From Coniocarpon cinnabarinum (taxonomy: Eukaryota), in assembly GCA_051942205.1 (NCBI GenBank), contig JAVECO010000004.1, positions 62,001 to 126,000 of the forward strand: 64,000 nt of DNA, written 5' to 3'. Below, piece after piece: positions 10,358-21,697 of the stretch (positions are counted from its first letter, which is position 1; every line of letters begins with the position of its first letter). The notes under the pieces were generated by a model that had not been told where the DNA came from, did not search any database, and saw only the letters and a program-made list of their open reading frames with translations. A program made the translations under genes and the position numbers.

Positions 10358-12251
10358 ATGGAGGCTCTCCGCAGCTCAAAGGCTGTTTGTCCGTTCTTGC
10401 GCAAGACGTCGCCTTCTCAGCTACGCCTCTTGTCCTCTACCAGCGCTCCCACGGGCGTCGCTTCACGGTTGCAGCAGTATGGGCAGAAGTGCCCCATCAT
10501 GGGCCCTGCTATGGCCACCCAGAGTGCCCGTATGAGCCATGTTACGCTCATGAGGACAGCTCTCGGCACTGCTCGGTCCTATCATACTGCAAACAAAACA
10601 GCCAGAGCGAATTTGCACACCGGAAATGCACACAAAGCGCAGGCTGTTGATGTCAACATCTTGCGCCACGACTCTTGTGAGTGACCCTTAGACGCATCGT
10701 TCGTTTTGCAAGTGCTCACGCACCGCAGCGCCTTATCCGGAAGCCCATCGCCCGCCACAATCGAGTCAACAACAGGCTCGTCCCGGTGATCCGCCGCCAG
10801 CTCCATCGACGCCGAAGTTCAACTACGAAGACTTCTACACCCAGGAGCTCGACAAGAAGCACGCCGACCGCTCCTACCGCTACTTCAACAACATCAACCG
10901 CCTGGCTCAGGAATTCCCGCGCGCTCACATGGGCGTCGAGCCCGAGCGCGTCACAGTCTGGTGCTCCAATGACTACCTCGGCATGGGTCGCAACCCGGAT
11001 GTCTTACGCTCCATGCACGCCACATTGGACAGATACGGTGCCGGAGCCGGAGGAACTCGTAACATATCCGGTCACAACAAACACGCTATCGAGCTAGAGG
11101 ACACGCTTGCGCGCCTGCATGCGAAGGAGTCCGCGCTTGTCTTCTCCTCTTGCTACGTCGCTAACGACGCGACGCTCGCCACTCTGGGCTCCAAAATGCC
11201 AGACTGTGTCATCCTCTCGGACAGCATGAACCACGCCTCCATGATCCAAGGAATCCGCCATTCCGGAGCCAAGAAACTCGTCTTCAAGCACAACGACCTC
11301 GCAGACCTAGAAGCCAAGTTAGCATCGCTCGACCCTGCACAGCCCAAGGTCATCGCTTTCGAGAGCGTTTACAGCATGTGTGGTTCCGTCGGACCCATTG
11401 AGGCAATCTGCGACCTCGCCGACAAATACGGCGCCATTACCTTCCTCGACGAAGTCCATGCAGTCGGCATGTACGGTCCAAACGGCGCAGGCGTCGCCGA
11501 GCATTTGGATTTCGAGGCGCACGCGTCCGGACGACCCAAAGGGACAGTCATGGACCGCGTCGATATCATCACCGGGACGCTCGGTAAAGCGTACGGTTGC
11601 GTGGGCGGCTACATCGCCGGCACCGCAAAGATGGTGGATACGATCCGCTCATTGGCCCCTGGCTTCATTTTTACGACGTCCCTCCCGCCCGCGACGATGG
11701 CAGGCGCCCGGAGCGCAATTGAGTATCAAATGCAACAACCCGGTGACAGAATCCTGCAACAAATTCACACTCACGCCCTAAAACAAAAACTGAACGCCTT
11801 GAACCTCCCCGTGATCCCTAACCCGTCACATATCGTGCCTGTATTGGTAGGCGACGCCGAAACCGCCAGAAAGGCATCAGATATGCTCCTAGAAGAGCAC
11901 GGCATCTACGTCCAAGCAATTAACTACCCCACTGTACCCCGTGGGGAGGAGAGATTGCGATTCACGCCGACGCCGGGGCATACCGCTGAGTTGCAGGAGG
12001 AATTGGCGGAGGCGCTCGTGGCGGTGTGGCGGAAATTGGGCATTAGATGGACGAGTGATTGGAAGGCTCAAGGTGGTTTCTTGGGGGTTGGTGTGGAGGC
12101 GGAGGGCGCGGTTGAGAAGCCGCTTTGGGGTGATGAGCTTTTGGGGTTGAAGAGGGGACATGTTCAAGACGTGGAGGACCTGAATGGGGAGGAGACTGTG
12201 AGGGAGGTGGTGGGCGCGGAACGGGCGAGAACTTTGGGTGTGGCTGCTTGA
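10358..12251 (+). CDS. HEM1: 5-aminolevulinate synthase, mitochondrial precursor (exons 10358-10676 and 10729-12251)
   Basis: Intron 10677-10728 (GTGAGT..GCTCAC..CAG) joins the presequence, with CP heme-regulatory motifs AVCPF and QKCPI, in frame to [38 protein letters not shown] and the PLP lysine GTLGKAYG. Confidence 0.97.
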
Positions 12252-12572
12252 TGATCTGAATGATATTCTGGGATACGTGAAGCTATGAAGGGCTACAGGA
12301 CATGAATCTAGGTCAGTATACGTTCTTTCAATCCATTTGTCCTCTTTGATGAGTGGACTCCTTGCTCTCGTCCTTCGTCTACGGAGCACCATCGGCTCTT
12401 CATGCTTAAGCGGTACTCCGCTAGCTATTATCACCTCCTCTTCCTTCCTGTCACAACGCAGGAGTCCAACAGAAGCCCTCCCCGCTACGCACGTGACTTA
12501 ATCTGAGACTTTCGACGTTCGAGTCTGACGTCTCCCTCAAGCTCACTGCTCCGAACGGCATTTCGCGCTTCT

Positions 12573-12592
12573 CCTGTCCTGTCCTGTCCTGT
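12573..12592. repeat. (CCTGT)4 microsatellite
   Basis: Read directly from the sequence. Confidence 0.85.
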
Positions 12593-13118
12593 ATTGTTCT
12601 GGCCGGCCGCGCCCTGTCGTGCTGAATGTCATTCTACGGCAACCCAATCAACGTAAATTACATAGCAAACCCTATAATCCATGGCTGATGGCTTGATCGA
12701 CAACGTCTGCTAAGTAGTACCGGGCTCTGATTGACTGACACTTATGTTTCTCAAAGTCAAGAACAAGGCGACTCTCGTCAGTCTATTGATTCTCTTGCGG
12801 TGGCCGAAAGATTGATTGCTTGTGATTTTCCCGATAATCGACGATTTTGAACAATTGTATTCGTAATCGTCGCGAGCGGCCACCTTTATATTTCGCTGTA
12901 TCTTCAACAACGGATTCTTGGGACGCTAATCAGTGTGAAGGTAGCTTTGCTTCGCTGGTTCTTGAGCGATCACTGGCATCTATGCCACTCTAAAACTTAG
13001 CGCAGGATCAGAGCAGCGTCCCGGTCGTGTTTGCTTGTTTCTCAGTCTCTGATGCTAGTGAATGAACTGAAGCTAGGGCGTTTGCAACCTGACAGTCGCG
13101 ATGCTGGGATTCGCCTTG

Positions 13119-14546
13119 CTACCCCCGTTGTATAGCTGCTTTATACTGACACCGACAGCAAGTGTTGCCCAGTCGTGAATTGTCTATATCTATACGAAAG
13201 CCTTCCCATTCGACGCCGACATGATCTGTATGACTGCGATCGTCGCACACTGGCTCATGATTCTTCAGTACGCCACACCAGAAATTATAGCCATCCCGAG
13301 AAAATGGCGCGACTACGAGAAAACGATCTCGGGATACACAACTGCGACCATTGATGATGAGTCTCAATATTTGCCAAAACTCACACACTTTGAAAAAAGA
13401 GGGTTGGAGGCAAAGTGGTAAGTCTGGAAAGGTGACTGGGCGCCTCGCGGTGCGGCCATAATTCGACACGCAATTCTGCATTAACGTGGCGCTCATATCA
13501 TCCTGTCGCTGGATGATTGATGGAGTTTGGAGTGCAAGAGCGTGACCTTGAGTCCGATAACTGAGCATGTTCTCGCTTCGCAAAAGCCAGATCATGAGCC
13601 GCATACGTTGCACTTGGCGGATTATCGCCAGCTTCTTGGGCAGTGGAGCTGCTTCGAAGTCGTCATCCTGCGCGGCCGTGACGTCGAATAGGATTTTGCC
13701 GTGCTTCTGTCTAATTACCACACGGGTATCGACGAGGCGACATAGTTCCTCCGACGTTCTGGTTTCCGATTGCGATCGCGATCGCCAATGGAATTCTTTT
13801 GGAGTCTGCTGTGCTTCCACCAAGTCCATGTGCTGACACTTCACAATAGCGTTTTGCTCTGCGGTCGAAGAATCTGCAGCGGGCTGTAAGGTGATTGCAT
13901 TAAGAAGTCTGGCCTCCGTTGTATTGAGTCGCGAGTCTATGTGCTCCAAAGTAGCCTGTGATTGGTAATGAGGAGACATTAAGCGGGACATCATCTGGAC
14001 CCCGCTTGTTATGGTCGCTTGCGTAGAATTGATTTGATTTAGCTGACATATGATGTGTTCATTAGCATCTCTGTTCGAGGTCAGCCAGTGTTCCGCAAGC
14101 TAGGGCCGAGGCGTGACTTGCTGGTCAAGTAGCGACAGCAGCGTCCCCAGTGTTTGTCGGTGGAAAGACATCTTTTGCCGAAGCAGTAGCACTCTTTTGG
14201 CATCAAGCGCAGCAATCGACCGCCGACCAAAACGCTTAATGCGGCTCGCAGCGCCACTTTGTTGCACACTCTGCAAATCAACCAGCCACGTTTTGACATC
14301 GGATTCGCAACGCTGCAAGTGCTGGTCGAGGAGGACGACGGTTGATAACTTGAAATTATTGCGACCACTCGAACTGCGTCTTAGATGCTCCAGTATCTTG
14401 CTAAGCTCGTCAAGGTCATCCAGAGCATCAGTCGTGATTCTGTTGATCGTTTTGAAGTCTCTATAAAAAGCTCTGATGCTCTGACAGGACTGCAGAATGT
14501 TGCCTGCGAGTGTCACAAGGCCTGCGATGCTGGCAGCTGCCTCCAT
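13119..14546 (-). CDS. Protein with a fungal HeLo-like/STAND-type N-terminal domain and an unknown C-terminal region (exons 14546-14122 and 14070-13119; 458 aa)
   Basis: The N-terminus MEAAASIAGLVTLAGNILQSC..IRAFYRDFK...LDDLDELSKILEHL...LQRCESDV..W matches the Helo_like_N pattern. A 51-nt GCAAGT..GCTGAC..CAG intron joins two ORF-track ORFs exactly in frame. Confidence 0.75.
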
Positions 14547-15602
14547 ACTCAACTGGCCTCACAAGATCCACTTGGCATAAAGCTTTCTTGACAAACCGGG
14601 CTATTACGGTAGGTTAAAAAGGTTACAACATCATACGGAAGTCAGTTCAAATCTGTGTACATAACTGGGGCGCTCAGGTGGATACAAGGCGACCGGCAGA
14701 ATGCATGACAGGCTAATACACAGCCATACAAGGCGCAGGTTCGCGAACCGCGAGGCACGCCGACACATGCTGCAGCTTCATTAGGCGCACCAAAGATGCT
14801 GTCGAAACAAACAGTAATCTTCAGATACATTGTCAATCGGCACGGCGTTAATAGCTGAAGAAATTAGCAGGCGAGAGCTTAAGAGGATTGACAAGAACTA
14901 GGTAAGATTTGCGGTGGCTGGATGCTTGCAGTGCAACGATTCTCTGTCGTGGTCAGCCGGATTCAATGCATCACGTGGCATTCACCTCATCTATCTCTTC
15001 CCTGAACGACAACCTTGATCCTTTTGCCGCTCGTATCACCATACTTCTTGCATCATTTGTCAAAGCCGACGCCACGTGGGCCGTCAAACCCCGCCTCAGC
15101 CGCATTAGCATTCAACGTGATGCCCATGACGGTTTCCTGCAGGTCTGTGCCTCAAAGGCTGTTACATCTCCCAACAGCGCCCCTCTCAACAATCGACCAT
15201 GAGCTGTTTCACGCGTGGCAACATATATGCCCGCAAGCACGTGTGTATCGAGATGGCGCATCCTGCAGAGGGCTTCTCGCTTGTGTGAGGGTGGAGCTGC
15301 GCTTTTTGCCGTTGCTGTTCGTCATAGTGTTCGTTCCTTGGTTGACCTCCAACATCCTGCTTTCTCCGTGCAACAACACGGGTCACAGAGCCTTGCAAAC
15401 ACACACCAAAGCGAAGTCCCGTCAGTACAAAGCAATGCTGATTTCCTATTTTCTTCATGCCTCTTCCCAACCTTTCACTTACCTATAAGTTGCTGTAACA
15501 AATTCAACACTACAGTAGACTTTGCCATACTGATATCTTTGCTTTGCTTTACTGTACTCAGCGATCTGCATCCCAATAAGTCCATTTGAAAGCGAACCAG
15601 TC

Positions 15603-15899
15603 ATGTGCCTAACCATTGGCCCCCCCTCGAAGTCAGCGAGAAAGCCGCAACACTCGGGTGATGCTCCAAGGCCTGTTGATCCTCGCAGAGCAAACCCCCC
15701 AGGATCTCAAGGCGTAATGAGGGGTGGCCGCTTCATACCCCCAGCGCCGTCACCTCCGCCAGACCCTTTAGCAGCGCATCGTCGAATGGAGGAGGCGCGC
15801 CGCCGAATGAAGGAAAAACAAGCACGCGAGAGACGCCTTCAAGAGCGTCGCAAAGCCAGAGAAGAGGCTTACCGCCAACAAAGGCGCAAAACGCTTTGA
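15603..15899 (+). CDS. Small orphan protein (98 aa), Pro-rich then Arg/Glu helical
   Basis: ATG-started ORF with protein-like composition (PPAPSPPPDP followed by an E/R/K-rich helix). No recognisable family. Confidence 0.5.
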   Translation: MCLTIGPPSKSARKPQHSGDAPRPVDPRRANPPGSQGVMRGGRFIPPAPSPPPDPLAAHRRMEEARRRMKEKQARERRLQERRKAREEAYRQQRRKTL

Positions 15900-17098
15900 G
15901 CCGATACGAGTTGAAATGCGCGTTAGACATCAGATGCCTTCACCAGCCTTCAACACCACTGATCTGAGCGTGAGGAGCGTATTTTGACAGGACGACATAG
16001 ACGACCTTTAAGATTCTCCTACTTCTTTAATTTCTATCAGCTACGATCATCATTTGTATGGAGCGTTTTCTCATCTTTGCAGCACTTCGGTGCTACACAC
16101 CTCAATAGCAAGCGATTCAAGCTACCCGACGATTTCAACGGTGTCAGTCTGCTCTAGCCGGTGCGTCGTCGACTTCATCTGGCGCGGGGGAGATATAATA
16201 CTGCACAAGTCGTGCTCCCGGATAGCCATGGCTACGTTACTCTGTCTCTGTATCTGAGTACATCGCAAAACTGAAGGTTGCCGACAAGATTCCAAGATAT
16301 ATTGTACATCTGTGCTGGCACTATTGATACCGAGCAACGCTCGAAAAGCGCGACTGAGCCATCGAACTTCGCGACTGCCGGTTCAGCAAGCAACTCACGC
16401 AGGTTGAAAGATAAGCATGTCAGGGGTATCACCGTCAATGTCGTTGCGGCTCAAATGCCGGACAATATTGTGTCATTTAACTTAGCTCGTGCGTGCTTGA
16501 AGATCAATGGAGCGCTATGGCATAAATCTGCAACGCGTATGTAATGATAATGATAATGCAATTACCTTATGCTTGCTCATTCGGCTTGCCGCCTTTAGCC
16601 GTCTCTTCTTCCAATCATCCATTTTTGTAACAAGACTGGATCTGGCATTATCCTCGGCAAATCGCCGAGAAAGGCTTTGTCCTTCAGCTTGCAGAGCTCC
16701 GAGACACTGGTCGGTGGACTCCCAACAGCAAGGGTTGAAATACTTACCCTATTCGGAATTTGAGTATGCATTTCGCCTTTCACTCTTCTCCAACAAGCGC
16801 TCGTTGTCCTCCCAAGTGTTCTTGCCACAGTCCATCATTTGATGGACTCGCCTAAATGCCGTGAAGTGAGGCTTGACCTCTTATCAGCTTATCTACACGG
16901 TGTTCAAAAACTGTAGTGACCGTTTCTGCCTTCCATAGCTTGTGCATCGTACGTTGTATCCGTAGGCAAAGGCATTTATTTGCGACCGAATTTCACATGT
17001 TCCCCGGTCGATTCTCTACAGGTTACCATCTGCACCACATGCACAATCTACACAAACGTGCAAAAGCTGCGGAACCGTCTTTGAGAGGAATCAGACGT

Positions 17099-17743
17099 AT
17101 GTCTTCCACAACGGAGGAGCCTAAGCTGTACTTCGGATATGGCAGCAATCTATGGCGTGAGCAAATGTCGCAGCGCTGTCCGCAGTCTCAGCACCTTGGC
17201 GTCGCGCGCTTGCCTCGCTATCGCTGGTTTATCTATCGACGTGGCTACGCTAACATCATGGAAACGGGCGACGCAAGTGATGAGGTGTACGCTTTAGTAT
17301 ACTCGCTTTCACGGGATGACGAACGGCGACTCGACAGGAATGAAGGTGTACCGTGGGCTTATCAAAAGAACCTGATCGAGGTGGAATTTTGGAAAGCCGA
17401 AGAAGAGGGCATGCCAGTGGATGTGGGAGATCAGAGCAAGATGGAAAGGAAGCAAATGCTGGTATACATGGACGAGAATGGGCTAATCGAGGATGAGCCA
17501 AGAAATGAGTATGTCTTTCGAATGGTAAGTCGCAGCAACGATGCAGTCGCTGGCTGCACTTGATCGCAACGACCGGTCTTGATACTGACGGAGTTTAAGA
17601 ACAAGGGTATCGACGACGCCATTCACGCTGGCGTGCCTGTTGAATACGTACAGCGTGTTATGCGTCGATATATTCCAGAAATGAGGGCGCGTCAAGATTC
17701 TCGGATGCAATTAGTGAAACTCAACGATGAGAGGCAATGGTAA
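17099..17743 (+). CDS. Gamma-glutamylcyclotransferase / AIG2-like family protein (exons 17099-17524 and 17600-17743)
   Basis: LYFGYGSNL signature and catalytic-region LDRNEG. Intron GTAAGT..ACTGAC..AAG gives EYVFRM|NKGIDDAIHAGVPVEYV. Confidence 0.88.
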
Positions 17744-18300
17744 CTGGAAGCGGGAGTTCATTGCTCCCGCGTGACGGAGACATAACAGAACAGTGGACTA
17801 TGGTCGCCTTTGCGCCAACTCAGCTTCAGAGAGGAGCTATCATCACCATGCATATGGTTGCTGACTCACACCACTGCATAATCAATTGTTTCACGAAGAT
17901 GGGCCTCCGGATGAGCCTTTCAAGTGCCGCCAAATGACTTGCTGCATTTTACGAGGATTTTGCGGTGCTCCGGTGTCCCGTCCGGATTTTGGCTACTTAC
18001 AACAAATAAGCCATCATAACAAAGCCACTTTGTCGTCCTCATGATCATGACCTTGAACGCAGATTTCAAGCCGTTGTTTTCCGCTGTCGATACATTTCTC
18101 ACCAAGCAAAGAAGACCATCGCACATTTCCTCACATTCTTGTGCAGGTATGTGTCGCTTCCGATTCATAATTCTCGCGTATAAGCAAAAGTCTCAACATT
18201 CCATCGAAGATCAGACAAGCGCTAAAGTCATGTCCGTTTCTTGAATCAAGTGAATGCAGCTTGCTCTTTCAACCAAGATCTCAAATACAGCACACACTCA

Positions 18301-19113
18301 TCAGTCCATATCTTCCGAATCCTCTTGGCAACATTCATACAGTATCACCCTCGCCTCCTCTTCCAGAGCTCGACGCATCCGCCTATAAGCTCTCCCACAA
18401 TCAGGATTCTCACTGTTGCTGCACTGTGCGGCCCACGCTATAATTCTCGAGTGCAAATGATCCTCGTAACTTGACCCTGCGTCACTTGCCTGGTCTTCAG
18501 CCATTGCCATTTCATACTCTTTCATCGTCGTCGCGTCGAGCTTTTCGGTCGCATCTTCTTCCAATATCTCGTCTGCGCCTTTCCTGGACGTCTCGCCTGC
18601 TCTTGCCCAATCGGCCATCCAAGCATTCATGCGCTGTGCACTCCGTGGTATGAATTCCGGGTCAATTGGCTTCTGATCACATGAGCCTGCGTCACTGCCC
18701 TGGTCTTCAACCGTCGGCGTCTCGTATCCTATCTCGATATCTTCCGCCGTCGACAGGCCATTCTCATCCACGAGATCTTCGTCCAAAGCTCCGTCTCCAC
18801 CGATCGTGAATGTCTGATCTGCGACCGCTTTGCGTGCAACGCCTTCATTGACACTTCCGTCAAGACGCGCACGAGCCTTGGCTTCCAAGAAAATAGAATC
18901 CCTCGGTGTCTTCATTGCGATTGGCAGATCATCTGTCCCTGACTCGACCTGATCGCTGTCCTTTGACGAAGCGAAGTCAGTTGTGACGACACTGTGCGTC
19001 CCAGCATCGTCCAGATCCTGATTCCGCAGCTTTCGCGACAGGTTATGATGGTGGAACCATCGTGCACCGGGGACATTGCGATAGATTAGCGTCTTTGCTG
19101 GGTAGGCTGGCAT
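18301..19113 (-). CDS. Acidic orphan protein (270 aa) with an internal ~70-aa duplication
   Basis: ATG-started 813-nt ORF, Asp/Glu-rich, with a repeated EDQ(G/A)SDAGS motif 210 nt apart. Confidence 0.65.
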   Translation of the reverse strand: MPAYPAKTLIYRNVPGARWFHHHNLSRKLRNQDLDDAGTHSVVTTDFASSKDSDQVESGTDDLPIAMKTPRDSIFLEAKARARLDGSVNEGVARKAVADQTFTIGGDGALDEDLVDENGLSTAEDIEIGYETPTVEDQGSDAGSCDQKPIDPEFIPRSAQRMNAWMADWARAGETSRKGADEILEEDATEKLDATTMKEYEMAMAEDQASDAGSSYEDHLHSRIIAWAAQCSNSENPDCGRAYRRMRRALEEEARVILYECCQEDSEDMD

Positions 19114-19309
19114 CTAGAAATTGATCTTGATCTTGAGGGCTTTTTATTCGGGTGGGTAAGTTGGGTGTGAGTGGTGCAAGACTGTACTGGAAGTGCTGGG
19201 ATGTGCTGCTGAGGTGTGCGGATTGGAGAGAGGCTGGGAGATGTTGCTGAGCTGAGACAAGGACTTCAGTATGAAGAGCGGTGAACAGGGCGATTGTGAA
19301 TCGAAACTA

Positions 19310-19360
19310 ATGTTAAGAGTGTGAATTGTGATTCTGATGTTGAGAGTGTGGATTGTGATT
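19310..19360. repeat. Imperfect 27-bp tandem duplication upstream of the acidic orphan
   Basis: ATGTTAAGAGTGTGAATTGTGATT followed by ATGTTGAGAGTGTGGATTGTGATT. Confidence 0.7.
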
Positions 19361-19818
19361 GACAGATTTGCGACATTGTGCTGAGTCTGTGTGCAATTTA
19401 TTGAACTTGACAGGGCAACGAGGCAGGGAACATTACGTGGAAGTGCAGGAGAAGGTAGGAGGGAGCTGGAAGACTCGACATTTCGAACCTGTATCAAGCA
19501 ATCAATACAAAAAGAATCTAGAGAATGACGAGGTGAGCGAGAATAGTATACAGTTGCGGCGCCTCCAAGGCAGCTTCAGCAGAATCTCAAACGAGGAATT
19601 CCCCGTCGTCTCGATCTTGCCGTCCACCTCGGACTCGTATGGTCCCAACCTGTTCCCAGGAGCGAAGAGACATGCCCTTCCATCGCCTCCGTTGCTGCCT
19701 CGCACAGCGCGACCCCCCCTACCATCAGAACCGCCTATTCATGCACATTCTTCAGTACCGCCACTTTACTACGCCACTGACATCGAGTCGCTAATCTCCA
19801 GCATTGACGGACGTAGAC

Positions 19819-21697
19819 TCATCCCAGCTTGGGCGCCTGTTTCCGTCGTCGATTTCTCAATTGTCGCTCCAATCGCCACCGCCTCATCATATCAGCCAAC
19901 GGCGTCGGATTAGGCCTCTTCGCTCCGTACGGAGAAAACGATGCCAGTGGCGTCGGTGTCAGCGTAGGTGTTAGCATTGACGGCGGTGTCGCGGGAATTT
20001 CAGGGACGGCCACGCCGCTCCCGAGGTTGCCTGAGCTTTTGCCTTTGGAGTTGCTAGAGCCTGCGCTTCCTGCGCCACTGGCACTTGCTTCGCCACTGCC
20101 ATCGCCTCCGCCGCTGGCTTTGGCTTCGCCTTCGGCCTCGGCTTTGCCGTTGTCGCTTGCTGCCCCGCTGCCCTTGCCTTGGGCTTCGCCTGTTCCTTTG
20201 GCGCTGGCCTTTCCTTCGCCTTCGCCACCTCCTTTGCCACCACCACTCCCGCCACTACTATCATCGCTGTCATCACCTCCTGTATCACCACCACCACCAC
20301 CCCCTCCCATGCCTTTATCCTTCTTACATGGCATGCCCATCTTGACAGCAGGTCCTGCTCCAACGACTGGATTGCAACCCGGTAGTTCTTTCATTTCTCC
20401 TGTAAGCTTCTCTTTTGTGGGATTATACGGTTTGATGCTGCAAGCGGAAGCTGAGGCAGAGGGATAGACGTCATCCTGGGTCAAGGATGGGCAATCGGCC
20501 ATGCTGCCGCCGCCGTTGTCGCCGTTGTGGCAGGTGTCGATGAGGTTTTGGAGGACCCTAGCGCAGCGTCAGTTAGCGTATGAAACAGCTAAGCTCATAC
20601 CAGAGATCTGGAACATACTTAGGATCCCAGCCTGAAATGAAGTCGCCGTGAAAGCTATAGCCCGTTGGGTCGCCATTAGCAAGGACAAATGGTTGCTTAT
20701 CGCCACCTGGCTTCCAGTCATTATTGAACATATCCGCTTTGTAGTAGACTTCGTAAGTCAGCTGCGGGAGGTGGTCCCAGCCATCCGGACATTTCTGGTT
20801 GGTAGGCCTAAGATACCTGTGTCAGCAGCCGATCTCACGTGCTTCTGGACGCACATACCAGTCTGTATTTTTCTTATAACTATCCAGGCCCGCCTTGGGA
20901 TTGTAGCAGCTAGGGAACCTCACATCCAATCGTAAAGGTGCACCAGGCAGATCACAGTATTGATTTGGAAAGCCAGACCCAGAGGAAGGCGCCATTTCAC
21001 CCGCCTGCTGCGGCATGCCGATACCAACGCCATGCATGCCATTAGACTTGGAGGGCCATTTCTGAGCATTGACAGAGTTTGAGTGCACGCAAGTGATTTC
21101 AATGGGCTGAATAGGTCCCTGAGCGTGGTCGGTGATGAGCATGGGTTTGGGGGGTGGAGAGCGGAGAGTAGGGTTGCCAGCGGTCATGCGGAAGCCGGGT
21201 TTGAAAGCGACTATTTTGTCGGGGGTGTCTTCAAATTTGTAGTAGCTGTTTGTATCAAGTCAACACGACGAAACGATAGACTAATACGCATGCACGGGTA
21301 CTAGACTGACACGTTCATGTAGTCCACTGGAACACTATAGAAAGATTTGTTCGCCGGCGACTGGAAATACAGTGCGGGTGTCCAGTAGTTGGAGCCATCG
21401 GCCTTGACGAGGGTGTTGCTGCATGTTGATTTGGTGGCAACTTGGTTGTCCATCTTTGTAGCAAATTTGTTGCCCCCGTAGACAGTGTGGACATGTGACG
21501 AGAGCTTTCCGGGCTCACTACCTCGAGTCAATACGAGTCTTGACCATGGAAACAAACTTTAATCATGCTCACACGACAGGGTCCATGCGCGCTTGCACGA
21601 GTCCAGGACCGGCAAGACGATTGACCATCTGATGAAACGCCTCGGTGGCTATTGGATAGAAAGACAGCACAAATAATATAGAGTGAGTGAGAGACAT
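19819..21697 (-). CDS. Secreted DUF1996-domain protein with a Gly/Ala/Ser-rich and basic C-terminal tail (5 exons)
   Basis: Signal peptide MSLTHSILFVLSFYPIATEA. Spliced motifs RMDPVV|EPGKLSSHVHTVYGG, DGSNYWTPALY, PGFRMTAGNP, FPSCYN and GYSFHGDFISGWDP are characteristic of DUF1996. Confidence 0.88.

Noticed and set aside
16740..16750. ATACTTACC resembling the U1 snRNA 5' end
   Set aside because: No following U1 stem-loops or Sm site seen. It is simply the reverse complement of a splice donor.
19359..20467. Two + strand Pro/Leu/Ser-rich ORFs (184 and 212 aa)
   Set aside because: Largely the antisense reading of the low-complexity DUF1996 tail and its 3' region, with non-ATG starts.
21510..21580. 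Possible stwintron in DUF1996 intron 1 (TAG|TGAGC after the acceptor)
   Set aside because: Single splicing already gives the expected DPVV|EPG sequence, and the rejoined junction is not a canonical donor.
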